Source: Bacillus subtilis subsp. subtilis str. 168 (lineage in GTDB: Bacteria > Bacillota > Bacilli > Bacillales > Bacillaceae). Taken from it: 64,000 nt of DNA. How positions within the stretch are numbered: the first letter of the stretch is position 1; each line of letters begins with the position of its first letter. Where the stretch lies: positions 2,294,001-2,358,000 of the forward strand of contig NC_000964.3 in the NCBI RefSeq assembly GCF_000009045.1, in the 5' to 3' direction. Positions 50,267-60,917 of the stretch are shown here, piece by piece. Made by a program: the position numbers and the translations under genes. The notes below the pieces were generated by a model. It did not search any database. It saw only the letters and a list, made by a program, of their open reading frames with translations, and was not told the DNA's origin.

Positions 50267-50758
50267 TCGATTCATCGCATGATATTTATAAAAATGCTTT
50301 TTCATTTCGGTAATCAGCTCATCAAGCTGAATAAAGCAATGGTATTGGGTCGGCTTAAGAAGAATAAATTCCACTCGTTCAGCCCAATTAATCGGCTTTG
50401 CGGGATATGATTTCTCCCTCAGTTCTTGCCAATCGAGCGATTTCACCGGCTCACCTGCTGTCCAATGTAACGAAGCCAGCAAACACACAATGCCCTTTAA
50501 CATTTCGTTTTGGTCACATCTCGATTTTCGTGTTTGAAAGACTGGGAGAAGTGATGCTTTGATGTCATCCCACACTTCAAATAAAAGCGGAACGTATTTC
50601 CCGCTGTCCTCCCATGGCAAATCGCCTTGTAATTCCGTGCAGAAATCAAAATACACGGGATTGGTCTGCAAGGTTTTCTTCATATCCGAGGAACTCTTCT
50701 GGCCAAGACTGCGCAAGTATTGCTCATAGGAAGCCAACACTTCTTTTGCTTGCGTCAT
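50264..50758 (-). CDS. ypoC: Protein of unknown function, coupled to nth
   Basis: ATGA overlap with nth; KPINWAERVEFIL motif. Confidence 0.8.
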   Translation of the reverse strand: MTQAKEVLASYEQYLRSLGQKSSSDMKKTLQTNPVYFDFCTELQGDLPWEDSGKYVPLLFEVWDDIKASLLPVFQTRKSRCDQNEMLKGIVCLLASLHWTAGEPVKSLDWQELREKSYPAKPINWAERVEFILLKPTQYHCFIQLDELITEMKKHFYKYHAMNR

Positions 50759-51414
50759 CGTTTCACCAGTCCTTTTTTATCCCTCTTCTGCCCTTCTCTG
50801 CACAAAGAAAGCAGCGGACACTCCGCACAGCGCGGAGATTGGGCTTTACAGTGATATCTGCCGAAGAAAATAAGCCGGTGATGCGTAACGGACCAATCTT
50901 CTTTGGGAACCTTGCGCATCAGCGTCTTTTCAACTTCCAGAACCGAGTCCTTCCACCGGCAAATGCCCAATCGTTTGCTGACTCTCTCCACATGGGTATC
51001 TACGGCTATGGCCGGCACGCCAAACGCAACGGATACCACTACGTTTGCGGTCTTTCTCCCGACCCCTGGCAGTTTGACAAGCTCATCGCGGTCTCTCGGC
51101 ACTTCTCCGCCGTAATCTTCAATAATCATTTTACTCAGCTTTTGAATATTTTTCGCTTTATTACGATATAAACCGATTGATTTAATATCCTGCTGAAGCT
51201 CTTCCAGCGGAACAGCCAAATAGTCTTCCGGCCGTTTATATTTTTGGAATAATGTTTTGGTCACTCTGTTTACAAGTGCATCTGTACATTGCGCAGATAA
51301 AGCAACAGCCACCACTAATTCAAAAGGATTGGAATGAACCAGTTCACACTCCGCATGAGGAAACATGTCACCTATCTTGTCTAAACAGAATTCAATTTGT
51401 TTTAGATTTAACAC
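50755..51414 (-). CDS. nth: Endonuclease III
   Basis: LPGVGRKTAN HhH, VDTHV, C-x6-C-x2-C-x5-C Fe-S motif. Confidence 0.97.
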   Translation of the reverse strand: MLNLKQIEFCLDKIGDMFPHAECELVHSNPFELVVAVALSAQCTDALVNRVTKTLFQKYKRPEDYLAVPLEELQQDIKSIGLYRNKAKNIQKLSKMIIEDYGGEVPRDRDELVKLPGVGRKTANVVVSVAFGVPAIAVDTHVERVSKRLGICRWKDSVLEVEKTLMRKVPKEDWSVTHHRLIFFGRYHCKAQSPRCAECPLLSLCREGQKRDKKGLVKR

Positions 51415-51432
51415 GATTGTCACCTTTTCACT

Positions 51433-52131
51433 TTATTGTTCAAGCCAATTGTAAAAAGGAACCTGCCTTTTATACTCTTTTTGCGGTTCATTCTGCTTTG
51501 CTTGTACACGCCGGAATTTTTGGCTGTGTATTTTTGCCTGCTCCACAGTTTTAAGCCCATTTTTCTTCCATTCAAACAAAATCCGGTCAATGTAGCGGAA
51601 ACTGAGTTTTCCTGATAGTACAGCCTCTTTTAACGCGTGTTTGATCAGTTGTGCGTCATGCTGATCCTGGTCCTGCCAGATCGCCAGCGTTTCACACTCC
51701 AAAGGCGATAACGGTCTTGCGAACTCTTCCTCAAAAATGGTATAAAGGCTTTTTTGTTCCCCTTCTGCTTTTCTTTCCTGTGTTTGATTCTGTGCAAGCT
51801 GAATATACTCGTACAGCTTGCCCCATAAAGGCTGAAGAGAATATTTCTCAAATTTGATGCCGTTTTGATCCTCGCATTCTTCAATAAACAGAAAGCCTTT
51901 TTGAATAAACATCCGCAATCTGTTTGTACATTCTTCAACAGAAATTGACATACCTTCCTGCAGCTGATTCGGTGTAGGAAAATATGATCCTTTTTCTAAA
52001 TGCATTTTAATTTTTAACAGCAGAATAAGTTCTGTTTCATTAAGCCCAAGCTGTTTATAATGCGTGAGCAGAAGATTGGGGATGGTTGATGTTCCCTGCT
52101 CCTGCATATCAATAAATTGCTGTTTTTTCAT
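51433..52131 (-). CDS. dnaD: Replication initiation/primosome protein
   Basis: FEEEFARPLSPLE, YIDRILFEW, FYNWLEQ. Confidence 0.96.
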   Translation of the reverse strand: MKKQQFIDMQEQGTSTIPNLLLTHYKQLGLNETELILLLKIKMHLEKGSYFPTPNQLQEGMSISVEECTNRLRMFIQKGFLFIEECEDQNGIKFEKYSLQPLWGKLYEYIQLAQNQTQERKAEGEQKSLYTIFEEEFARPLSPLECETLAIWQDQDQHDAQLIKHALKEAVLSGKLSFRYIDRILFEWKKNGLKTVEQAKIHSQKFRRVQAKQNEPQKEYKRQVPFYNWLEQ

Positions 52132-52223
52132 CGTCACACCTCTTACTGTAAAGGATTGTGATTGCCCCTTTACTGTAAAAAGTCTCCCTTGCAGGAGACT
52201 CTTTTTTGTTTCATTTGAATGTA

Positions 52224-53516
52224 TTACGGATACAGACGGTTTAACAGTCTTGGGAACGGAATCGTTTCACGAACGTGAGGCGCTCCGCTGATCCAAGCTA
52301 CTGTCCGCTCTAATCCAAGGCCGAAGCCGGAATGAGGAACTGATCCATATTTTCTAAGTTCAGCATACCATTTATAAGCGTCAGAATCCAGTCCATGTTC
52401 TTTAAGACGCGATTCCAAAAGTTCCATATCGTGAATCCGTTCAGACCCGCCGATGATTTCTCCATAGCCTTCCGGCGCAATCAAGTCAGCGCAAAGCACA
52501 ACGTCCTCACGGTCAGAAGCCGGCTGCATATAGAACGGTTTTAAGGACGTCGGATAGCGAGTGATGAATACCGGTTTGTCATAATGTTCAGCAATCGCTG
52601 TTTCATGAGGCGCTCCGAAATCATCTCCCCACTCGATATCGTCAAAGCCTTTTTCTTTCAGAAATTCAATCGCTTCATCATACGTAATTCTTGGGAACGG
52701 GGCTTTGATTTGCTCAAGTTTTGACGTGTCTCTTCCCAATGTGTTTAGTTCAATTTTGCAATTTTTAAGAACTGATTGCACGATGAAAGAAACGTAATTT
52801 TCCTGTACTTGAAGGTTTTCTTCAAATTCTACAAACGCCATTTCCGGTTCGATCATCCAGAATTCGATTAAGTGACGCTTTGTTTTAGACTTTTCCGCTC
52901 TGAATGTCGGTCCGAAAGAGAATACTTTTCCTAAAGCCATTGCCGCAGCTTCCATGTAGAGCTGTCCGCTTTGAGACAGATATGCATCTTCATCAAAGTA
53001 CTTTGTCGCAAAGAGTTCTGTTGTTCCTTCAGGTGCGCTTCCAGTCAAAATCGGCGGATCCACTTTTACGAAGCCTTCGTTATTAAAGAATTCGTAAGTC
53101 GCGCGAATGATTTCATTACGGATTTTCATGATCGCATGCTGGCGCTTTGAACGCAGCCATAAATGTCTGTGATCCATCAAAAATTCCGTTCCGTGTTCTT
53201 TTGGTGTAATTGGATAATCGGTCGCTTCGTGAATGACTTCAATATCTGTCACAGCAAGTTCATATCCAAGCGGAGAACGCTCGTCCTCTTTGACAATCCC
53301 TTTTATATAGAGCGACGTTTCCTGCGTCACTGATTTAGCTGTTTGGAAAATGCTTTCTTCCACTTCCGCTTTTACTACGACACCCTGAATAAAACCGGTA
53401 CCGTCCCGAAGCTGTAAAAACGCAATTTTCCCGCTTGAACGCTTATTAGCGACCCAAGCTCCGATCGTTACTTCCTCACCTACGTGCTTGTACACTTGGT
53501 TGATTGTTGTTTTCAA
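52224..53516 (-). CDS. asnS: Asparaginyl-tRNA synthetase
   Basis: [27 protein letters not shown]; TTGACC-18-TATAAT promoter at 53587-53616. Confidence 0.97.
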
Positions 53517-53659
53517 CATATTTCCCTCCAAAACAAGAAAGACATTCGGAAGCTCATTGCCCCGCGAACTCTTTTATCATCACTTTATTATACCCGCTCT
53601 TAACTAACCGGGTCAATGCAGATAAAAAGCGGCTTTTCTGTCAGCCGCTTTTTGATCTG

Positions 53660-54841
53660 TTAGCTATGTTTTTCTACAAAACGCTTGATTCTTTCAATGG
53701 CTTCTTCAAGAAGATCTAACGATGTTGCATAAGAAAGACGGACATTCTCAGGAGAGCCAAATCCGGATCCTGGAACAATCGCAACTTTTTCCTCCTCGAG
53801 AAGCGCTTTAACAAATTCATCTACATCTTTGAAACCGCAAGATTGAGCTGCCTCTTTTGCATTTGGGAACAAGTAAAAAGCACCTTCCGGCTTCACGCAG
53901 CTGAACCCTGGGATTTCTATGAGCTTTGCATAGATCGTATTTAATCTATGTTCAAATGCTTCTCTCATTTCTTCCAATGGCTCAGAAGGCCCGTTATAAG
54001 CAGCAATCGCTCCGTATTGTGCGATTGATGTCGGGTTTGACGTGCTGTGGCTTGCAAGGTTCGTCATCGCTTTAATAATGTCTTCAGAGCCTGCCGCATA
54101 ACCGATTCTCCAGCCTGTCATGCTGTGGGACTTCGATACGCCGTTTATAATGACCGTTTGCTCTTTCAGTCTGTCTGACAGCTGTGCAATGGAAACATGT
54201 TTCTTTCCGCCGTATGTAAGTTTTTCATAAATTTCATCTGACACAATCAAGATATCATGTTCAAGGCACACTTCACCGAGCGCAGATAGTTCTTCTTCCG
54301 TATACATGACACCAGTCGGGTTGCTTGGAGAGTTAATAACGATTGCTTTTGTTTTTTCCGTAATTGCATTTTTCAGCTGCTCAGGCGAAATTTTGAAGTG
54401 ATTTTCCTCAAGCCCTTCTACATAAACAGGCTTTCCGCCAGCGAGTTTCACCTGCTCCGGGTAGCTTACCCAGTAAGGCGTTGGAATAATAACTTCATCT
54501 TCTTCATCCAAAATCACTTGGAAAAGGGTATACAGAGCATGTTTGGCACCAGTGCAGACAATAATTTGAGACGGTTTGTATTCAATATTCTGGTCGCGTT
54601 TAAATTTCTCTGCAATGCTGTTTTTCAGTTCAGCCAAACCACCGGAAGGCGTGTATTTCGTATGGCCCTCGTTCATCGAACGCACAGCGGCATCAATAAT
54701 ATGCTGCGGTGTATTGAAGTCAGGCTCGCCTGCTCCTAAGCCGATGACATCATGGCCTGCGGCTTTCAGTTCTTTCGCTTTCGCTGTGATTGCCAGTGTG
54801 GTTGATGGTGTTAATGCGGATACTCTTTTTGCCAGTTTCAA
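53660..54841 (-). CDS. aspB: Aspartate aminotransferase (class I)
   Basis: GEPDF, NSPSNPTG, SDEIY, SKSHSMTGWRIG. Confidence 0.96.
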   Translation of the reverse strand: MKLAKRVSALTPSTTLAITAKAKELKAAGHDVIGLGAGEPDFNTPQHIIDAAVRSMNEGHTKYTPSGGLAELKNSIAEKFKRDQNIEYKPSQIIVCTGAKHALYTLFQVILDEEDEVIIPTPYWVSYPEQVKLAGGKPVYVEGLEENHFKISPEQLKNAITEKTKAIVINSPSNPTGVMYTEEELSALGEVCLEHDILIVSDEIYEKLTYGGKKHVSIAQLSDRLKEQTVIINGVSKSHSMTGWRIGYAAGSEDIIKAMTNLASHSTSNPTSIAQYGAIAAYNGPSEPLEEMREAFEHRLNTIYAKLIEIPGFSCVKPEGAFYLFPNAKEAAQSCGFKDVDEFVKALLEEEKVAIVPGSGFGSPENVRLSYATSLDLLEEAIERIKRFVEKHS

Positions 54842-54863
54842 CTTGAACTCCCCCTAATTCGTC

Positions 54864-55349
54864 TTAAGGCGTGATATTTTTGAGAATCTTTCCAGTTGTA
54901 AAGTCCACATAACTTAAACTGTATTGCCCTTCTTTGTCTAAGTACGTCACTTCCCAAAGCAGGACGTTTCCTTCTCTTGCCAGATGAACCTCTTTTTGCT
55001 TTGAAACCAGCCCTTCATCCTTTATGATTTTCGCCGCTTTGTCTTCAGAGATTCCCTCTTTCGCTTCTTTTGAGAGAATTTTTGCTTTTTTATCAGCAGG
55101 AACCCAGACATATAATGCAGTGCCTTTTTTATCCGTTCCCTTTACAACATAATATTTTTCTTTTCCGACAAATGTTTCGACTTGATCAACATGGGCGAGA
55201 TCGGTTTCTTTTTTAGCTTCAGCAGCTGCTGCTTCGTGCCCCTCTTCCTTTTGTGCCATGGCTGATTTATAAATGCTTGCCGAGACAAGAAGTACTGCTA
55301 AAAAAATAATACCAAAAATGACGGTAAATATTAATGCTTTTTTTCTCAT
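54864..55349 (-). CDS. tseB: Membrane-anchored PepSY-like protein (YpmB)
   Basis: N-terminal TM; WEVTYLD...YVDFTTG. Confidence 0.85.
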   Translation of the reverse strand: MRKKALIFTVIFGIIFLAVLLVSASIYKSAMAQKEEGHEAAAAEAKKETDLAHVDQVETFVGKEKYYVVKGTDKKGTALYVWVPADKKAKILSKEAKEGISEDKAAKIIKDEGLVSKQKEVHLAREGNVLLWEVTYLDKEGQYSLSYVDFTTGKILKNITP

Positions 55350-55357
55350 CTTCTCAC

Positions 55358-55528
55358 CTACGTACGATAAATGGTAAAAACGGCTTGGTTTTTGTTTTCT
55401 TCATCCAGCGCAAGGCCGAACATCAGATTGTCTCTTTTCAGTGTACGATTCAATGTGTCCACAATTTTATACAGATCATCAGAATGCTCTACATTAATTG
55501 TTGAAAGAATTTCGATTTTACTTTCCAT
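55358..55528 (-). CDS. ypmA: Small conserved protein
   Basis: LYKIVDTLNRTLK..LMFGL; GGAGG RBS. Confidence 0.8.
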   Translation of the reverse strand: MESKIEILSTINVEHSDDLYKIVDTLNRTLKRDNLMFGLALDEENKNQAVFTIYRT

Positions 55529-55670
55529 TTTTTCATCCTCCAGTTTGAACAAATATTGTTAGTCATACTCCATTTCAGGACACGCCATACTAGTATCACA
55601 GAGCGGGAAATCCGCTTTTAAATAAAACACCATCCTACTCCCACACCGCAAAAGCCGCTTTATGCGGCTT

Positions 55671-58466
55671 TTATTCTTTTTCCCCTGCAACATAAGCTTC
55701 AAGCTCGCTGTCAGTCATTTCGGATACTGAGGTTGTCGGCAAGGCATCAAGAAACAGCCGGCCGTAACCAGCGGTTTTAATCCGTCTGTCCAATATAATA
55801 ATCGTTCCCTTGTCTCCCGCAGAACGCAGCAAGCGTCCGATTCCTTGCCTGAAGGTCAGCACAGCTTCCGGTAATGACACTGTTTGAAACGGATTCTTTC
55901 CTTTTTTGCGGGCAAGCTCACATTTTGCAGCATGAAGCGGGTGATCAGGGGACCGGAATGGGAGCCTCACGATCATTACTGTCGTCAGCTCATCACCAGG
56001 GAAATCAACGCCTTCCCAAAAATGATTTGTTCCGAGCAGGATCGCCTGATTGGATGTTTTAAAAGTCTTCATCAGTTTGCCGGGACTTCCGCCTGTAATC
56101 CCTTGTGCCAAGAGCTGAATGCCGGAAGCACTCATGTTATGCTTAAGCTCCTGGTGAACCTTTTTCAGCATATCATGGGATGTAAACAGCACAAGGATTT
56201 TAGGCTGTTTTTCCTTTGCCATCAGTTCGATATAACGGGCTGTATCCTGTATAAATTCAGGTTGCCCTGTATCCTGAATTGATTTCATTTCTTTTGGAAT
56301 CATCACCTGCATACGCTCATCGTAAGAAAAGGGTGACTCAATTCTCATTGTCCGCGGGAAAAAGTCACTCAGTCCCAGTCGTTCAATCATAAATTGAAAA
56401 GAACCTTCGACTGTAAGAGTTGCAGATGTCAGCACCACACTATTTTTGCGCGCGAAAAACTGATCAGCCAGAAGTTCACCAGGTTCAAGAGGCTGTGCGT
56501 AAATGGCCACTGCATTTTTCGCACCCTTTGCATCTATTTCAATCCAAACCGCTTCATCGTCATCAGAGCCAAAGAAGAGCTTCTGCAACGTCTGACAGTA
56601 ATGCTGCAAGCCTTTCATGCTTCTTTGGTATTCATCGGCTAAAAAGACGGTTTTGCTCTTCATGCCCTTCAAATGTTTTTCCATAAGGGATGACTGCGCC
56701 TCAAAAAGCTGCTGCAAATGTGTCAGCATGGAACAAAGCCTCTCCGCACCATCTGTTAAGATCGACCAGCTTTTATCCTGGCTTTCTTTGTTCACCTTAA
56801 ACACTAGACGGTTTAAGTCTTCTTTAGGTTTTCTTCGTTTGACAAAAGAATGTACAGAGCTAAAGAAAGCATCACTTTCTGCTTGAACGTGCTGAAGCCA
56901 CTCTTCCAATTCGAAAAATGAATCAACCGGCAGGCTGTTTCGCTGGAATAGCTGTCTCATCTTTTTTAGAAGTCCCTGCTCCTTCAGAGTGCCGATTCTG
57001 CTCAATTTCGTATGCAATTCTATGTACGTGGCTCTTTTCCCTAAATGTTCGCTTGCCGCACGTTCAAAATGGTGTGCTTCATCAATAATAAATGTGCCGC
57101 TTTCGGGAAGCCTTTTTTTATGGCTGCCTTCATCGGTCAGCAAAAGAGAATGATTGGTGATCACCAAATCGGAACGCATAGCAATCTGTTTGGCCCGCTC
57201 GTAAAAACCGATCACATGCTCACTGCGACTTCTTTTATAGGAGTCATCGTCATAAGCCAATCTGTCCCACAGCAATTTTCCGCCTGAAGGCAAATTCAGT
57301 TCCGCTACATCTCCTGTATTTGTCTCTGTCAGCCAAACAAGAAGCTGTGCCTTTGTCAGTACGGCATCATAATTATCATCTTCTTCATGAAGCACCTGCT
57401 CAAATTTATACAGGCATAAATAATGCGATTGCCCTTTTAAAATCGCCGCTGTTACCGGAAATGGAAACAGATCTTGGACAATCGGCAAATCCTTTGTGAG
57501 AATCTGCTGCTGTAAAAGCGTCGAATACGTGCTGATTATGACCGGCTTTTTTGATTTCTTGGCAAAAAGCGCAGCCGGAATAAGATAGCCAATCGTTTTT
57601 CCGATGCCTGGAGGAGCTTCAATCAGCGCATGCTCACGATTGGCAAACGCATCAGCCACCTCTCTCATCATCATCATTTGGCCGTCTCTTTTTTCATACC
57701 CAGGCATTAACTCTGACAGCGCTTTTTCATTTCCCGCTTCCCAGCTTTCGATCTCAAATGAGAAGTTCTCGTCCTCATTTATACGAACATCGATAGCTTC
57801 AGGTTCTCTGACAGAAAACGAAGAAAAGCGCGTATAGCCCGGTATCTCGGTATGTCTGTTTTCATTAATGAACATATCCAACAAATGCGTCAGATCACTG
57901 ATGAAATGCTGCGAAAGCCTTCTTAACTGCTTTAATGTCGGATAAGGAAGCTGCCGCAGCTTTTCAAGGATTTCCAAAAAAATAAGCCCTGTCACTTCAG
58001 CATCGCTGTCAGCCCGGTGCGGCTGATCATGCCGCAGCTGAAGCTCCTCGCTTAATTCCGTCAGCTTATACCCTTCAAATCCCGGAAAAACAATGCGTGA
58101 GAGCTCGACAGTATCAAGCACTTCACAATCTGGGAGCTGAAAGCCCGCCTTATGTAGCTCATACTTGACAAATCCAAGGTCAAAATGGATATTGTGGGCG
58201 ACAAAATAAGCGCCGTCAAGCAATTGGAATACTTCTTCAGCAACTGCTTCAAATGGCTGTTCATTCTCGACCATTTGATTAGAGATTCCAGTAAGCTGCT
58301 CAATAAAAGCAGGGATTGATTTATTTGGATTAATGTATTTTGAAAACCGCTCAGTAATTTGTCCATTTTCGATTACAACCGCTGCGATTTGTATGATTTT
58401 ATCGCCTTTCTTCGGCGAATTCCCTGTTGTCTCTACATCTATAACAACGAACCGTTGCTTATTCAT
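55671..58466 (-). CDS. dinG: DinG-family 3'-5' exonuclease-helicase fusion
   Basis: DVETTG, HNIHFD, HRADSD (DEDDh); GIGKT, DEAH, QGIGRLLR. Confidence 0.95.
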   Translation of the reverse strand: MNKQRFVVIDVETTGNSPKKGDKIIQIAAVVIENGQITERFSKYINPNKSIPAFIEQLTGISNQMVENEQPFEAVAEEVFQLLDGAYFVAHNIHFDLGFVKYELHKAGFQLPDCEVLDTVELSRIVFPGFEGYKLTELSEELQLRHDQPHRADSDAEVTGLIFLEILEKLRQLPYPTLKQLRRLSQHFISDLTHLLDMFINENRHTEIPGYTRFSSFSVREPEAIDVRINEDENFSFEIESWEAGNEKALSELMPGYEKRDGQMMMMREVADAFANREHALIEAPPGIGKTIGYLIPAALFAKKSKKPVIISTYSTLLQQQILTKDLPIVQDLFPFPVTAAILKGQSHYLCLYKFEQVLHEEDDNYDAVLTKAQLLVWLTETNTGDVAELNLPSGGKLLWDRLAYDDDSYKRSRSEHVIGFYERAKQIAMRSDLVITNHSLLLTDEGSHKKRLPESGTFIIDEAHHFERAASEHLGKRATYIELHTKLSRIGTLKEQGLLKKMRQLFQRNSLPVDSFFELEEWLQHVQAESDAFFSSVHSFVKRRKPKEDLNRLVFKVNKESQDKSWSILTDGAERLCSMLTHLQQLFEAQSSLMEKHLKGMKSKTVFLADEYQRSMKGLQHYCQTLQKLFFGSDDDEAVWIEIDAKGAKNAVAIYAQPLEPGELLADQFFARKNSVVLTSATLTVEGSFQFMIERLGLSDFFPRTMRIESPFSYDERMQVMIPKEMKSIQDTGQPEFIQDTARYIELMAKEKQPKILVLFTSHDMLKKVHQELKHNMSASGIQLLAQGITGGSPGKLMKTFKTSNQAILLGTNHFWEGVDFPGDELTTVMIVRLPFRSPDHPLHAAKCELARKKGKNPFQTVSLPEAVLTFRQGIGRLLRSAGDKGTIIILDRRIKTAGYGRLFLDALPTTSVSEMTDSELEAYVAGEKE

Positions 58467-58591
58467 TAAAATGGACACCTCAATTCTTGCATACGACAAA
58501 AGTGTAACACGTTTTGTACGGAAATGGAGCGGCAAAACCGTTTTACTCTCAAAATCTTAAAAGAAAACCCCCGATAAAGGGGGCTTTTCTT

Positions 58592-58975
58592 CTACAAAAT
58601 TGTACGGGCTGGTTCGTTCCCCAGCATTTGTTCAATTTTGTTTTGATCATTCAGAACAGCCACTTTCGGCTCATGGCTTGCCGCTTCTTGATCAGACATC
58701 ATTTTGTAGGAAATAATAATGACCTTATCTCCTTCCTGCACAAGGCGTGCGGCTGCACCGTTTAAGCATATGACGCCGCTTCCCCGTTTACCAGGAATAA
58801 TATACGTTTCAAGACGTGCTCCATTATTATTATTCACAATTTGTACTTTTTCATTAGGAAGCATTCCCACAGCATCAATGAGATCTTCATCAATTGTAAT
58901 GCTTCCCACATAGTTCAGGTTTGCTTCCGTAACAGTTGCCCTGTGAAGTTTGCCGCTCATCATTGTTCGATACAT
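58592..58975 (-). CDS. panD: Aspartate 1-decarboxylase
   Basis: [16 protein letters not shown] autocleavage site, LNGAAAR. Confidence 0.97.
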   Translation of the reverse strand: MYRTMMSGKLHRATVTEANLNYVGSITIDEDLIDAVGMLPNEKVQIVNNNNGARLETYIIPGKRGSGVICLNGAAARLVQEGDKVIIISYKMMSDQEAASHEPKVAVLNDQNKIEQMLGNEPARTIL

Positions 58976-58976
58976 A

Positions 58977-59837
58977 TTATATTCTCTCCATTTCTCGAAT
59001 ATCAATAATGATATTATCTATTAAACGCGCTTTTGAAAAAGCAACTGCAACAGCGAGAATCATCTTTCCAGCAATTTCATTCACAGGCTCGAGTTCCGGA
59101 TAGGAATAAAGCTCTACATAGTCTATGGTTCCGCTAGTCGTTTCAATGATATCTTTTGCAGCTTTTATCACCGCTTCAGGATCTCTTTCACCGGCTTGGA
59201 CAAGTTCCGCACTTGTTTGAAGGGCCCGATACAGCTTAGGCGCTTCTTTTCTTTCCTCAGCTGTTAAGTATACATTGCGAGAGCTTTTGGCTAAGCCGTC
59301 TTCCTCTCTGACCGTATCGACAGGAACCAATTCAATATCCATGAAGAAGTCGCTGATTAACCCATCAACAACAGCTACCTGCTGCGCATCTTTTAAACCG
59401 AAATAGGCACGAGTCGGCTTGACTAGATTGAAAAGCTTCGTCAGTACGATCGCGACCCCGTCAAAATGTCCTTCTCTTGAGCGCCCGCATAACACGTCTG
59501 TGCGTCTTTCTACATGAATCGTGACATTCTTTTCACCGGGATACATATCATGAGCATCTGGCGTAAAAAGAATATCGACTCCGGCGTTTTCTGCAAGAGC
59601 TGCATCCCGCTCAATATCGCGCGGATATGCTTCAAAATCTTCATTAGGGCCGAATTGTGCAGGATTCACAAAAATACTCATAATAACGGCGTCGTTTTCT
59701 TGTCTTGCTTTGTCTGCTAAGGTTAAATGCCCCTCATGCAGAAACCCCATCGTCGGAACAAATCCGATTGACTTGCCCTCTGAATGGTATTGTTTTATGG
59801 CTTCTTTCAGCTGTGAAATATCAGTAATCTGTCTCAT
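58977..59837 (-). CDS. panC: Pantothenate synthetase
   Basis: [30 protein letters not shown]. Confidence 0.97.
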   Translation of the reverse strand: MRQITDISQLKEAIKQYHSEGKSIGFVPTMGFLHEGHLTLADKARQENDAVIMSIFVNPAQFGPNEDFEAYPRDIERDAALAENAGVDILFTPDAHDMYPGEKNVTIHVERRTDVLCGRSREGHFDGVAIVLTKLFNLVKPTRAYFGLKDAQQVAVVDGLISDFFMDIELVPVDTVREEDGLAKSSRNVYLTAEERKEAPKLYRALQTSAELVQAGERDPEAVIKAAKDIIETTSGTIDYVELYSYPELEPVNEIAGKMILAVAVAFSKARLIDNIIIDIREMERI

Positions 59838-59838
59838 C

Positions 59839-60672
59839 TTATTTTCCCCCGTACAAGCCGTCAAGCACTGTCTGGTTCATTTGAAAGGAATGCTTTTGTT
59901 CAGGGAAAGCACGATGTCTTACATCCTGAACATATCCGCTGATTGCTGTTTCGATGGTTTCATCAATGCGCGTATATTGCTTTACAAATTTAGGTGTTCT
60001 CTCAACACCGTGGCCGATAATATCATGATAAACGAGAACTTGTCCGTCCGCTTTCACACCAGCCCCGATTCCAATGACCGGTATGCTTAGCGTCTCGGCA
60101 ATTTTGGCTGTGAGTTCTGCCGGCACACATTCCAGCACAAGCATCATAGCTCCTGCTTCTTCGCATTTTATACTGTCTTCTATTAATTTTTTGGCGCTTT
60201 GTTCGTCTTTGCCCTGTACTTTATAGCCGCCCAGTACGCCGACTGACTGCGGTGTCAAACCTAAGTGACTGACTACTGGAATGCCTCCAAGCGTCAATGC
60301 GCGAATGGATTCAAACACGCCTTCTCCGCCCTCAAGCTTCAGTGCGTCAGCTCCGCTTTCCTGAACGATAGCCGCTGCATTTTTCAGCGTATCTTCCTTA
60401 GACAGGTGATAAGACATAAACGGCATATCTGTCACAATAAAGGTATTCGGCGCACCCCTTTTAACGGCTTTTGTATGATGGATCATGTCCGCAACTGTCA
60501 CACCGACAGTTGAATCAAGGCCGAGGACGACCATTCCAAGTGAATCACCGACTAAAATCATGTCAACTCCCGCTTGTTCAGCAAGTTTAGCTGCCGGATA
60601 ATCATAAGCGGTCAGCATGACAATCGGTTCTTCAGACTCCTTCATTTTTAGAAAATCCAGTTTTGTTTTCAT
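59839..60672 (-). CDS. panB: Ketopantoate hydroxymethyltransferase
   Basis: LTAYD, LVGDSLG, DMPF, KLEGG, HLGLTPQ. Confidence 0.97.
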   Translation of the reverse strand: MKTKLDFLKMKESEEPIVMLTAYDYPAAKLAEQAGVDMILVGDSLGMVVLGLDSTVGVTVADMIHHTKAVKRGAPNTFIVTDMPFMSYHLSKEDTLKNAAAIVQESGADALKLEGGEGVFESIRALTLGGIPVVSHLGLTPQSVGVLGGYKVQGKDEQSAKKLIEDSIKCEEAGAMMLVLECVPAELTAKIAETLSIPVIGIGAGVKADGQVLVYHDIIGHGVERTPKFVKQYTRIDETIETAISGYVQDVRHRAFPEQKHSFQMNQTVLDGLYGGK

Positions 60673-60913
60673 GTTTTCTCCTCCTCATGTTTAGAGGAGA
60701 TGATCTGCCGTTTTCTTCTGCAAGCCAAAAAACCTTCCGTTACAACGAGAAGGATTCTTCACTTTCTAAAGTTCGGCGAGTTTCATCCCTCTGTCCCAGT
60801 CCTTTTTTGGATCAAGGCAGACTGCTGCAATGTCTATCTATTTTAATAATAGGTGCAGTTCGCAGGCGATACTGCCCAATGGAAGTATACCAAAATCAAC
60901 GGGCTTGTACCAA
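60673..60913 (-). promoter_or_regulatory. panB promoter and structured ~200-nt leader with internal terminator
   Basis: TTGGTA(60908-13)-18-TGgTATACT(60884-89); terminator stem 60733-53 plus 6 U at 60727-32; RBS hairpin 60678-99. Confidence 0.7.
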
Positions 60914-60917
60914 CACA

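Noticed and set aside
53517-53586. T-box upstream of asnS
   Set aside because: Leader about 65 nt with no T-box sequence or terminator
60770-60810. GGACTGG..GATGAAAC words in the panB leader resembling a SAM-I or T-box core
   Set aside because: No AUC/GAU P1 pocket, GCAACC or GUGC motifs, and no UGGN-ACC bulge or specifier stem; resemblance is only partial
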